Source of the DNA: Ilumatobacteraceae bacterium
GTDB lineage: Bacteria > Actinomycetota > Acidimicrobiia > Acidimicrobiales > Ilumatobacteraceae
DNA length: 64,000 nucleotides
Direction: 5' to 3'
NCBI GenBank assembly: GCA_044341655.1
Contig: JBIIRE010000001.1
Location: 8,157-72,156, forward strand
Shown piece after piece: positions 1 to 8,452 of this stretch (its first letter is position 1; each line of letters opens with the position of its first letter). The notes below the pieces were generated by a model, which saw only the letters and a program-made list of their open reading frames with translations, had not been told where the DNA came from and did not search any database. The position numbers were made by a program, and so were the translations under genes.

Positions 1-902
1 GCTGGCCAGTGCCACAGGTATAACGAGTACGACCGCGCACCAATCCATTGCATTGGTGCAAGACCAAGTACTAGTTGAGGACCACCTTTGGTGTTGCTGC
101 CCGCAGACAACGCGAGCCCAGCACCAACCACGGGCACGAGAGCAACCCAACCCGGGAACTCATACACGCTCCCGTAACGCACTACGGCAAACACGATCAA
201 CCCAAGACCGACCCAGCCACCGATCGCCCTTATGTAACTCGGCACGCGTTCAATGTCGCGCCAGCAGACTGCGATTATTGCGCCGAGGGCAAGCTCCCAT
301 GCCCGAGTGTGAAGACCGAAGTACGCCCACGATGGATTCGATTGAGTGGTCGCGATGCTAAGCACCAGCGATCCGATAAAGATCACAGATAAAGCGATCA
401 GTAAGCGGTTACGTATGTTCACTGCGCGCCAGGTAACTAATGCCACGAGAGCAGGCCAGAGCATGTAGAACTGCTCTTCTACTGCGAGTGACCAGTAATG
501 CTGCAGCGCCGATGGATCCAACTGCGAGCCGAGATAGTCAGCGCCGCGCTCGGCGAATACGTAGTTAACGAAAAATCCAGCAGCACCAAAGATGTCATGT
601 GCCAGCTGGTTCAAGCGGGTTGGGTTTAGCCAGATTGCCGCTGAGATAGCAGTAGTCACCAGAACGACAGCGGAAATCGGCAATAGTCGCCTAATTCGCC
701 GAGTGTAAAAACTGGCCATTGAGATGCGGCCAGTGGCATCGCGCTCGGCGACGAGCAGCGAAGTTATGAGGAACCCAGAGATGACGAAAAAGACGTCCAC
801 CCCGACATAGCCACCACCTGTATTTGGGGCCCCGAAATGGAATAGCAACACTGCAACTACAGCGATCGCACGCAGACCTTCTATGTCACGGCGATGAAGC
901 AC
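1..902 (-). CDS. Acyltransferase family 3 (OafA/YrhL-type O-acyltransferase), N-terminal membrane domain; the 3' end lies beyond the window edge
   Basis: Absent from the ORF track because it runs off the edge. My translation starts at GTG 902, with an in-frame TGA immediately upstream. It reads VLHRRDIEGLRAIAVVAVLLFHF..GVDVFFVISGFLIT..RRIRRLLP..LQHYWSLAVEEQFY..HTRAWELALGA..SYSLYLWHWP and stays open to nt 1. The frame was checked at nt 506 and nt 14. It is collinear with the N-terminus of the 6326..8410 product. Confidence 0.85.
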   Translation of the reverse strand, partial: MLHRRDIEGLRAIAVVAVLLFHFGAPNTGGGYVGVDVFFVISGFLITSLLVAERDATGRISMASFYTRRIRRLLPISAVVLVTTAISAAIWLNPTRLNQLAHDIFGAAGFFVNYVFAERGADYLGSQLDPSALQHYWSLAVEEQFYMLWPALVALVTWRAVNIRNRLLIALSVIFIGSLVLSIATTQSNPSWAYFGLHTRAWELALGAIIAVCWRDIERVPSYIRAIGGWVGLGLIVFAVVRYGSVYEFPGWVALVPVVGAGLALSAGSNTKGGPQLVLGLAPMQWIGARSYSLYLWHWP

Positions 903-962
903 TCACTCAGTTTTGCAGAGCACACTTCGTCAAGGCGCTCACACATGCACGCTAAGTGTCAC

Positions 963-1002
963 AAATAAAAATGGGGCCACCGGGCAATCGCCCAGTGACC
1001 CC
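963..1002 (-). terminator. Rho-independent terminator downstream of the 1031..1351 gene
   Basis: Hairpin at 973-1002 (GGGGcCACcGGGC-aatc-GCCCaGTGaCCCC): 11 bp, two mismatches, 4-nt loop. On the minus strand it is followed directly by ATTTTTATTT (972-963). Confidence 0.7.
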
Positions 1003-1030
1003 ACCTATTTAGTTGTGTTGTGTGGTTGGC

Positions 1031-1351
1031 TTAAGCCGCGCGGAGGGAGGTGAGCCCGCGGCTAATGAAGGTGACGATTGCGTCCTTTACTGGCACCATG
1101 CCGTAAACGATCGCACCATCAACCACAATCTGCATCCACTCTTCACGCATTCCACCGGTGAGGGAAGACACGATGTTGATGTCGAGCGCCCACACGAGGA
1201 GGATGCTCACACCAAGAGTGAGATGGTTGCTGATAATCGGGAGCCGATTGACCAGGGTGTCCAACTTGAAGGTGCGCAGCACGGTGTCGAGAACCGGCAT
1301 GACAGCGCCCAGAAGGATGGCCAACAGGATGAGTGAACCAATGGTGTACAT
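1031..1351 (-). CDS. Small hydrophobic membrane protein, function unknown (106 aa)
   Basis: Complete ORF with AAGGAG about 7 nt upstream of the ATG. It has hydrophobic segments (SLILLAILLGAVMPVL, LTLGVSILLVWALDI) and its own terminator. Confidence 0.7.
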   Translation of the reverse strand: MYTIGSLILLAILLGAVMPVLDTVLRTFKLDTLVNRLPIISNHLTLGVSILLVWALDINIVSSLTGGMREEWMQIVVDGAIVYGMVPVKDAIVTFISRGLTSLRAA

Positions 1352-1451
1352 GGAATGCTCCTTTAAGTAGCACTCCGCCCAAAGAGCAATGTAACGAACG
1401 TCACAGCAAAAGTGGTGGATTTAAAACCCTTGCCATCTAAGGCTTTGCACG

Positions 1452-2489
1452 TTAGGCAGCGGAGAACTTCACGCTGTGGAGCCCGGTAGCACCCGACGGG
1501 AAAGTTCCCTGCTCGGCTTCCACTTGCTCCACGCCGTTTGCGTCAATCACCCGAACTGTTAGCAGTTGCTCCCCTACGGCAACTTCAATATCGGCGCGCC
1601 ACTGTGCCCAGGCATCGCCAGAATGACTTTCCACGATTTCGGCATCCTGCCATTGGCCATCATTCAGCCGCACCTGCACTTTGCCAACCCCAGCACGTGG
1701 CGCCCACGCAAAGCCACCCGCGGTAAATGCACCTGCTTTCACCTTGCCCGCTGGGCGAGGCAGGTCAATTCGACTCGATGACAACACGGGGCCTTCGGGG
1801 GTCCAGCCACGCACCACCCAATACGGATCAAAGGCATCCCAAGTAGTTAATTCGAGATCAACCAACCATTTCGTTGCCGATACATAGCCAAAAAGTCCAG
1901 GCACGATCATTCGCACTGGAAAGCCGTGTTTGGGAGTGAGTGGCTCTCCATTCATCGTGGTTACGAGCATTGCGTTGCGCCCGTCCATCACCGCGTCGAC
2001 CGGCGTTCCACAGGTCCAGCCATCACTGCTTCGGCTCACAAGCTGCTCGGCACCAGATTGCACTCCGGCCATTCGCAAAACATCTGCAAGTGACACACCG
2101 CCCCATACCGCGTTACCGATCTCATTGCCGCCAACCTCGTTTGACACACACGCCAAGGTGATGGTGTCACTCATCTGAGGCATTGCTTCTAGATCTGCAA
2201 ATGAGAGAGTTACTTCGGAATCAACCATGCCGTGAATTTTGAGCTGCCATGAGTCCTTAGCGAGTTCCGGTATTGACGGGTACGCGGTATCAATACGGAA
2301 AAAATCTTCAGTGGGCGTGATGAAGCTTTGTGGCGCAAGTCCCTCATCAAGCTTGATGAGCGGCACTGTGCTCGATGTGGAAGTCACTGTTTGGGGTCCA
2401 TTTCCACCAGCCAATAACTGATAAAGCGCGACCGCACCAACAGTGGCTGCTGCCCCACCGAAGAGTTGGCGTCGGGTCTGCTTTTCCAC
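1452..2489 (-). CDS. Sulfite-oxidase-family molybdopterin oxidoreductase with a Tat signal and a C-terminal dimerisation/Ig-like domain
   Basis: Motifs: TLACVSNEVGGNEIGNAVWGGV (Mo-ligand Cys region), MNGEPLTPKHGFPVRMIVPGLFGYVSATKWL, and a twin-arginine N-terminus VEKQTRRQLFGGAAA. I start it at GTG 2489. The track ORF extends to 2738, but that extension is Arg/Cys-rich and implausible. Confidence 0.85.
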   Translation of the reverse strand: MEKQTRRQLFGGAAATVGAVALYQLLAGGNGPQTVTSTSSTVPLIKLDEGLAPQSFITPTEDFFRIDTAYPSIPELAKDSWQLKIHGMVDSEVTLSFADLEAMPQMSDTITLACVSNEVGGNEIGNAVWGGVSLADVLRMAGVQSGAEQLVSRSSDGWTCGTPVDAVMDGRNAMLVTTMNGEPLTPKHGFPVRMIVPGLFGYVSATKWLVDLELTTWDAFDPYWVVRGWTPEGPVLSSSRIDLPRPAGKVKAGAFTAGGFAWAPRAGVGKVQVRLNDGQWQDAEIVESHSGDAWAQWRADIEVAVGEQLLTVRVIDANGVEQVEAEQGTFPSGATGLHSVKFSAA

Positions 2490-2549
2490 GTAGTTACTCT
2501 GCCTTCTACCATCACCGAATTCCACCCTCGCGACAGCAATAATTTGCAA

Positions 2550-2711
2550 ATGAGCGACACACCTATGCGCACGGATGCACCGGCACCGACCGAGTGCAAC
2601 ACTCGCTTTGGCATCTTCTCTGAATGCCCAATGTGCGGGTCCAAAATGTCTCCAGAACATGCCCACTACCGCTGCACCTCTTGTGGCTGGCGGGATTCCT
2701 GCTGTGACTGA
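2550..2711 (+). CDS. Putative small Cys-rich zinc-ribbon protein (53 aa)
   Basis: Sequence MSDTPMRTDAPAPTECNTRFGIFSECPMCGSKMSPEHAHYRCTSCGWRDSCCD, giving CxxC-N11-CxxC plus a terminal CC. It lies 60 nt divergent from the Mo-enzyme start. Its TGA is followed 1 nt later by the GTG of the hydrolase. It is the C-terminal part of track ORF 2466..2711. Confidence 0.45.
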   Translation: MSDTPMRTDAPAPTECNTRFGIFSECPMCGSKMSPEHAHYRCTSCGWRDSCCD

Positions 2712-2712
2712 T

Positions 2713-3543
2713 GTGAAACAAATCCGCCTGAACGGCATCGATACCCCATATCACGATTCAGGAAGTGGTCCTGTGATTGTGTTCGTTCACGGCGCCTACA
2801 TCGGTGGCGCAGTTTGGAATGACACGATTGCCAATCTTGATGGTTTTCGTTGCATAGCTCCAACGTTTGCCATGGGTGCACATTGCGCGCCGACCAACGG
2901 TGCTGACGTGTCCACACGCGCGACCGTTGGTCGCATACTTGAGTTGCTGGATGCACTCGACCTTCGTGACGTCACATTGGTGGGAAATGACACTGGCGGC
3001 GGCCTTTGCCTGGCCACGATTGGTGCAAGCCATTCGGCTGTTTCTCGTATCGCTCGACTCGTGTTGACCAACTGCGACTCCTACGAGCATTTTCCGCCCG
3101 AAGGCTTCGCCAAGATCACGCAGATATGCGCGAAGAAACCAAAACTCGGTGGCTTTATTTTGAAGATGCTTTCAACTGGACGCGGTCGAAGATTCTTTCT
3201 CAAGTCCGTTTGCGCCACGCCACCATCTGCTTCAACATCAGCGGCAATCTTTGAGTGCTTCGGTAAGAACAAGGCCGTCGTTAGAGAGGCCGTTGCGTTC
3301 AGCGCCACGATCGAACCCAGCGTCACGCTGGAAACTGCTCACGCAATCCCAGCGTTTTCCAAGCCCGTGCTAATCGCGTGGGGCGACCAAGACGAAGCGT
3401 TGTTTCCGATGTCCCATGCTGAGCGTCTGGCCGCTGACTTTAGCAACGCGAAGCTGAAGGTGATCCCCGGGGCTAAGGCCTATGTGATGGTGGACAAACC
3501 CAAGGAGCTTGCGAGCGAAATCGCCGCGTTCATTCGCAATTAG
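2713..3543 (+). CDS. Alpha/beta-fold hydrolase
   Basis: N-terminus VKQIRLNGIDTPYHDSGSGPVIVFVHG (oxyanion HG), nucleophile elbow GNDTGG, C-terminal GAKAYVMVDKP. The start is ambiguous: GTG 2713 is preferred, ATG 2659 is possible, and the track start 2575 is unlikely. Confidence 0.85.
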   Translation: MKQIRLNGIDTPYHDSGSGPVIVFVHGAYIGGAVWNDTIANLDGFRCIAPTFAMGAHCAPTNGADVSTRATVGRILELLDALDLRDVTLVGNDTGGGLCLATIGASHSAVSRIARLVLTNCDSYEHFPPEGFAKITQICAKKPKLGGFILKMLSTGRGRRFFLKSVCATPPSASTSAAIFECFGKNKAVVREAVAFSATIEPSVTLETAHAIPAFSKPVLIAWGDQDEALFPMSHAERLAADFSNAKLKVIPGAKAYVMVDKPKELASEIAAFIRN

Positions 3544-3552
3544 GCTCGGTCC

Positions 3553-4293
3553 ATGGATCCTGTCATCGCACTTGTTCAAAATGTCTGCCCTCTATTCAAT
3601 GATTCGGGGTGGGCCTACTACTTCACTCCCGAAACAATCGGCAAAGGCAAAGAGCTCGGACTCGGCGGGATGGTTTTCTACATTGCTGGTCGCGGCGGAA
3701 TGCTCGGTGACTGCGAAGGCGAAGTAGTCGCTGCAGCATTTGGCTACTTCAATCCTGCGGTGATTGTGAGCGCTTGGGATCAAGCCAGGGCCACTGCCCC
3801 AATTCGTGAAATCGGACGCGCGCACTTCAACTGTGCGGCCGATCACGGCCGTGCAAAGTTGGCAAACATTCCAAACTTGGAAGCTTTCGTCGCCGCTGCC
3901 GAAGCAGTGAACAACGCTGGCGACCCCGACTCGATGCCTCTTTATGCATCGTTCAAGCACGCGGAATACGCAGACGATCTGCCCGGTCGCGCAATGCAGC
4001 TTGTGGCCACACTGCGCGAATTCCGTGGCAGTGCACACTTGCTGGCCATTCGCGCCAAGGGCCTCAATGCCAAGCAAGCCCACTTTGTGAAGCGCCCAAA
4101 CGACGTGAAGATGTTCGGATGGTCCGAAGAAGAGCCGCCGCACATTGATGATCAAGTTCGTGCCACCATGCTCGAAATCGAGGCGCTCACCGATGAGCTC
4201 GTGGCACCGGCGTATTCAGTGCTCGATACTGCGGGCCAAAAGGCTCTTACAGAGGGCGCTATCGCCATTCATGCGGCGCTCACAGCGCAATAG
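3553..4293 (+). CDS. Conserved hypothetical protein (possibly the SCO6745-like actinobacterial family; a weak recollection only)
   Basis: Long ORF with normal composition and no recognisable catalytic motif. Confidence 0.7.
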   Translation: MDPVIALVQNVCPLFNDSGWAYYFTPETIGKGKELGLGGMVFYIAGRGGMLGDCEGEVVAAAFGYFNPAVIVSAWDQARATAPIREIGRAHFNCAADHGRAKLANIPNLEAFVAAAEAVNNAGDPDSMPLYASFKHAEYADDLPGRAMQLVATLREFRGSAHLLAIRAKGLNAKQAHFVKRPNDVKMFGWSEEEPPHIDDQVRATMLEIEALTDELVAPAYSVLDTAGQKALTEGAIAIHAALTAQ

Positions 4294-6207
4294 TCACCGC
4301 TCGTAAGTGACTTCTCCGCAAGTCAAGCCACGTGCTGCTCGCACCTTGGCGTCACGAGCTGCTTGACAGATCATCGGCGTGAGCCACATCTGTTGAAACT
4401 CGCGCGCTGAGTTAGTCGATCCATCGGCATATTTCATCTTGTAACCATTTGTGAGATGAACACCGTCGGGAAGAAAGTGATCAGTATCAACGGCCGTGAA
4501 GAACTCTGCAGCATCCAAAATTTGCACATCAGACCCCGTGTCCAGAGTCTTTAAAAATTCGTTATGCAAGTAGAGGCTTGGATCATCATTCGGATACACA
4601 TTCACCACCGCAATTAAAGACGCCGCGGTTTTTTCGCGCAGCAACTGGAAATACTCGCGGTACTCAGCTCGCAACCATTGCGCATATTCGGGGTCCTCAA
4701 TGGAGTACCACTTATCACCGAGTGCATCAACCTTGCGTCCGCTCGCATCCCAGGAGCCGTACCAAACCACCACAACATCAACTGGCATCGCAGGCAGACC
4801 GCCCCATTCGCATTTGGGATCCACTGGCAGGCGTGCTGACTCCACGGTCACCCATCCCCCGCGACCAAGCGGACACCCAGAGTTGGCGTAGACGAATATC
4901 GGTTCAATTGCCTCCATCACACCTGCCCCAAAGCGAAATGTGACCATCTTTGAATCGCCCACAAATCCAACACGCAATGCTTTGGGTGCTGTTGGCATTT
5001 CGGGCTCCGCGGTGCCAGGGGGTTGATCCTTGATTCGCTGCTCCACCTCTTCAAAGCTCAGCGGTGCTGCGTTCACACTGATCATCGAGGCGCCACCGAC
5101 TATGCCAATGCATGCAATTACTGCAACAAAGCGCTTGGCAGATACTCGAAAGCGCATCGGGTTCTCAAACAGGCGCAACATCACATCGGCAAGCAAGAAC
5201 GTGAGAACGATGGTTGCTATCGGCACGATCCATTGCGGCAGTGAAGTCCGATCTAGTGAGACATAGATGCACCAATGCAACAGATAGGCGCCGTATGAGA
5301 TCTTTCCCACATACACAAATGGGCGCCATTCGAATAGCCACTTGATCTTGCTCTGAGTGAGAACACCAACCAGGGCCGCAGACAGCACGCCACTGATAAC
5401 CATTCCACCCCGGTAGATAAAGGCATCATTGAGAGAAAATATGAATGTTCCAGCCACGATCAAACCGAAACACGCGGCACTCACAACAGTGGCAAACATC
5501 GGCTTGGCTGGTTCGCGTTTATATGCGAACACTGCGACTATCGCTCCAGCGAGTATCTCTGCTGCCCGAATATGCGTTCCGTAATAGGCGAGAGTTCGAT
5601 TGTCGGACGCCAGCACTAGAGCAATAACTGAGCATGCAAATAGAGCTGGGAGCACATACTTCAGTCGCTTGAGGCCCGCAACAACAAAGACAACGGGAAG
5701 CACGAGGTACACCTGTTCCTCAATTGCCAGCGACCAATAGTGAAGTACTGGTGATGCTTCTTGCATCCCGTATGGGCGCCCTTCCCAGATCTGTTGCCAG
5801 TTCGATATCTGCAGAGCAGCGAGACCGAAATCATTACGAGTCCCCGAATCAGACCAATCAAGTAACAGCCACATCACGGCCAGCACGGCAAGCACCAAAA
5901 GCGACGCGGGCAACAATCGACGAATTCGTTTTGCGTAGAACCTCCGCAATGAGAACCGACCAGCCTCCATCTCCCGGAGCGCAATTGAAGTGATCAAGTA
6001 CCCGGACAGCGCAAAGAAAAGACACAGACTGAAGGGGCCACCTGGCACGTATCGGGGGTAGAAGTGAAAACCCATGATCAACAGCAGGGCTATCCCCCGC
6101 AGACCATCTAGGCCGACGATTCTTGACGCATTCACTTGACGCCAGCTTTCACTGGCTTCATGCAATGACCAAGTCCACAGTTGAAGGTTAAACCGTGCCC
6201 CTTGCAT
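4294..6207 (-). CDS. Acyltransferase family 3 membrane domain fused to a C-terminal SGNH/GDSL-like domain (OafA-type O-acyltransferase)
   Basis: Motifs LDGLRGIALLLIMGFHF, RRIRRLLP, LHYWSLAIEEQVY and a C-terminal FVGDSKM (GDS block). ATG 6207 lies only 3 nt from the tRNA-Val 3' end. GTG 6135 (VNASRIVGLDGLRG) is an alternative start. Confidence 0.85.
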   Translation of the reverse strand: MQGARFNLQLWTWSLHEASESWRQVNASRIVGLDGLRGIALLLIMGFHFYPRYVPGGPFSLCLFFALSGYLITSIALREMEAGRFSLRRFYAKRIRRLLPASLLVLAVLAVMWLLLDWSDSGTRNDFGLAALQISNWQQIWEGRPYGMQEASPVLHYWSLAIEEQVYLVLPVVFVVAGLKRLKYVLPALFACSVIALVLASDNRTLAYYGTHIRAAEILAGAIVAVFAYKREPAKPMFATVVSAACFGLIVAGTFIFSLNDAFIYRGGMVISGVLSAALVGVLTQSKIKWLFEWRPFVYVGKISYGAYLLHWCIYVSLDRTSLPQWIVPIATIVLTFLLADVMLRLFENPMRFRVSAKRFVAVIACIGIVGGASMISVNAAPLSFEEVEQRIKDQPPGTAEPEMPTAPKALRVGFVGDSKMVTFRFGAGVMEAIEPIFVYANSGCPLGRGGWVTVESARLPVDPKCEWGGLPAMPVDVVVVWYGSWDASGRKVDALGDKWYSIEDPEYAQWLRAEYREYFQLLREKTAASLIAVVNVYPNDDPSLYLHNEFLKTLDTGSDVQILDAAEFFTAVDTDHFLPDGVHLTNGYKMKYADGSTNSAREFQQMWLTPMICQAARDAKVRAARGLTCGEVTYER

Positions 6208-6210
6208 CAA

Positions 6211-6287
6211 TGGTGGGCGATGAGGGACTCGAACCCCCGACCCTCTGCTTGTAAGGCAGATGCTCTAACCAACTGAGCTAATCGCCC
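6211..6287 (-). tRNA. tRNA-Val (anticodon TAC), CCA encoded
   Basis: The reverse complement GGGCGATTAGCTCAGTTGGTTAGAGCATCTGCCTTACAAGCAGAGGGTCGGGGGTTCGAGTCCCTCATCGCCCACCA folds as a cloverleaf. Anticodon stem TCTGC/GCAGA, loop CTTACAA. Confidence 0.95.
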
Positions 6288-6325
6288 GTTTCCGGGATAT
6301 GCGGTCTCTTATCCTACCAATCCGC

Positions 6326-8410
6326 TCAGCTGCGGCTCTGGTCGATGAATTCCTTCAGTAATCCAGTCACCACGGGCGATAACAGTTCTGTGCCAGGGCC
6401 CGTTAAGTGGCTCCAGTCCCGATACAGCAATACATTGCCGATAACTGCGGGGCACACACTCCCCGAGCACGCGTAATCGGCGAGGTCAATGTAGAGACCA
6501 CCCGCTCCTTCAACTATTTGGCGACCAGCAATGTTGAAGTCTGAGCGCGTTGATTCGGGTCTGCTGGAATAGCACGCACTCACATCACTTACGTTGTTGA
6601 CCAGACACTGGAACAGTTTGGGTAATGGTCGCGGGTTGTCGCCAAAGTAAATGGGGACAGCACCCGTTTCAGTTACTGCAGCAATTGTTTCGGCCATTCC
6701 AGTTGCCCATTTGTCCGCTGCAATTACCTCGCGAGTTTCAGCATCTACTAACTGAAAGCCGTTCGTCATCAATACATAGTCATGAGGCTGAAGCTTCAGA
6801 TCGTCAAGTACCGCATCGCGCCAAACCGGGCACCAATCTTCAACCTGCATTGCGAGACCATTGAACGTGACGATGCCAGCAAGCGAACACCCTGCATGCA
6901 TGTATGACCTGAGCTTGATTGAGTTCTCTTTGGCAAACTCGTTCAATACGTCAAACCACTGGGCTAGATGCGAATCCCCAAACAAGGCCACGGTCACAGC
7001 CCCGTTTGGGTCGCCATATTCACACAGTGGGACGTCGATGCTCGGAGCCTTCACAAAACAGTCACCAAGTTCAGCTGAGAACCAGCCCGACCCGACTTCG
7101 CTCAGACTTGGTGTCAGGTTGTCCGGCAGGGGGCGCGGCAGAGTTGATTCCCTAACGGCAACGCGTAGTGCATCAATGCGATCTTCCAAAGTTTTCTCAG
7201 ACTCAACATCAATGACTTCAGCATCAAAGCCCGAGCTCACATCGCGTTCATAGTTAGCAACAACCGCTCCACAACCAACTACTAGGGCAACCGAAGCGAT
7301 TCCAACCCCATAAGTGCGTAGAGCAGAACGCACCAGTGTTGCGTTGAAACGAATCGGGTTTTCAACCAACCTAAAACCAAGCTCTGTCAGCACCGCAGTG
7401 ATCCCAACAATTATCAGTCGATCCCAGCCATTGAGCGATGTTTCGATGCGTGCTTCGTAAAGGATGATTACTGGCCAGTGCCACAGGTAGAGCGAGTAGG
7501 AACGCGCACCGATGAAATGGAATACTGGGTTGCCAAGAAATCGTGAAACTACGTTGCGCTGAGTGAACCCAACAATCACCAGCCATGCTGTAGCCAAAAC
7601 GGGAAGCGCTGCGATCCAACCGGGAAAATTAATCGGTGGCTCAAAGGTTGACCCACTGAATCCGATCACAGCTAAAGCAACTGCGCCTAGCAGTGCAGCC
7701 AACTTCGTATTCATCACGAATCCGTTTGCAAGGAATACGGCGATCAATGCCCCGATTCCTAACTCCCAGGCACGTGTGTGTAGTCCGAAGTAAGCCCAGG
7801 TTGTGTGGTCGGGCGTGTTCACTACCGAGGTGATGAAACTCGCTATCACGATCACCACGATTGTGATCGGCACGATCAATCTGCGCTTGAGGCGACGATC
7901 AATTGCCAGCCCGAAAACCAGCAAGATTGGCCACACCACGTAGAACTGCTCTTCGAGCGACAACGACCAGTAATGCTGCAGTGGCGAAGGTGGCAATGAC
8001 GCCTGGAGATAATCAGTGGCACGGCCAGCGAATACCCAGTTGGACGAGAACAGACCGCTGGAGATTGCATCAACACCCACGTCCCGTATCCGCCCAGGTT
8101 CAAGAATGAAAGCCGATGCAATCGCCGTTGATATGAGCACCACACCAGAGATCGGCAACAACCGCCGAATTCGCCGTGCGTAAAAGTTGCGAAGTTTGAG
8201 ACCACTCTCGCGGCGGGCATCGCTTAGGAGTGAATTCGTGATCAGGTAGCCCGAGACAACAAAGAAAACATCGACGCCGACGTATCCGCCATCAAAGCCT
8301 GGAACGCCCAAGTGATAGAGAACAACAAGACCAACTGCGATCGCGCGCAGGCCCTCAATATCTCGTCGGTGCGCATGACTACCCAGCGCGACTTGTCCCC
8401 CATCAGTCAC
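6326..8410 (-). CDS. Acyltransferase family 3 membrane domain fused to a C-terminal SGNH-like domain (OafA-type O-acyltransferase)
   Basis: Motifs HRRDIEGLRAIAVGLVVLYH, VDVFFVVSGYLIT, RRIRRLLP, LQHYWSLSLEEQFY, SYSLYLWHWP and a C-terminal ALFGDSHLAQW (GDS block). Confidence 0.9.
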   Translation of the reverse strand: MTDGGQVALGSHAHRRDIEGLRAIAVGLVVLYHLGVPGFDGGYVGVDVFFVVSGYLITNSLLSDARRESGLKLRNFYARRIRRLLPISGVVLISTAIASAFILEPGRIRDVGVDAISSGLFSSNWVFAGRATDYLQASLPPSPLQHYWSLSLEEQFYVVWPILLVFGLAIDRRLKRRLIVPITIVVIVIASFITSVVNTPDHTTWAYFGLHTRAWELGIGALIAVFLANGFVMNTKLAALLGAVALAVIGFSGSTFEPPINFPGWIAALPVLATAWLVIVGFTQRNVVSRFLGNPVFHFIGARSYSLYLWHWPVIILYEARIETSLNGWDRLIIVGITAVLTELGFRLVENPIRFNATLVRSALRTYGVGIASVALVVGCGAVVANYERDVSSGFDAEVIDVESEKTLEDRIDALRVAVRESTLPRPLPDNLTPSLSEVGSGWFSAELGDCFVKAPSIDVPLCEYGDPNGAVTVALFGDSHLAQWFDVLNEFAKENSIKLRSYMHAGCSLAGIVTFNGLAMQVEDWCPVWRDAVLDDLKLQPHDYVLMTNGFQLVDAETREVIAADKWATGMAETIAAVTETGAVPIYFGDNPRPLPKLFQCLVNNVSDVSACYSSRPESTRSDFNIAGRQIVEGAGGLYIDLADYACSGSVCPAVIGNVLLYRDWSHLTGPGTELLSPVVTGLLKEFIDQSRS

Positions 8411-8452
8411 AGGTTCAATTTTTGCACAGCCTCGCTAAAAAAATAGTGGCGG

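Noticed and set aside
53-392. Plus-strand ORFs of 102 and 105 aa at the left edge.
   Set aside because: They are Arg/Pro-rich and lie opposite an uninterrupted minus-strand frame with clear acyltransferase-3 motifs (1-902).
1452-2738. Long N-terminal extensions in the ORF track. They occur here and at 2575-3543, 13062-13709, 15310-16734, 25899-27191, 24950-25936, 29474-30388, 40386-40967 and 59558-60973.
   Set aside because: The extensions are compositionally odd (Arg/Cys/Pro-rich). They overlap neighbouring genes or divergent promoters, and family-typical N-termini begin at internal ATG/GTG codons with RBS-like sequences or 4-nt overlaps. I therefore shortened the calls.
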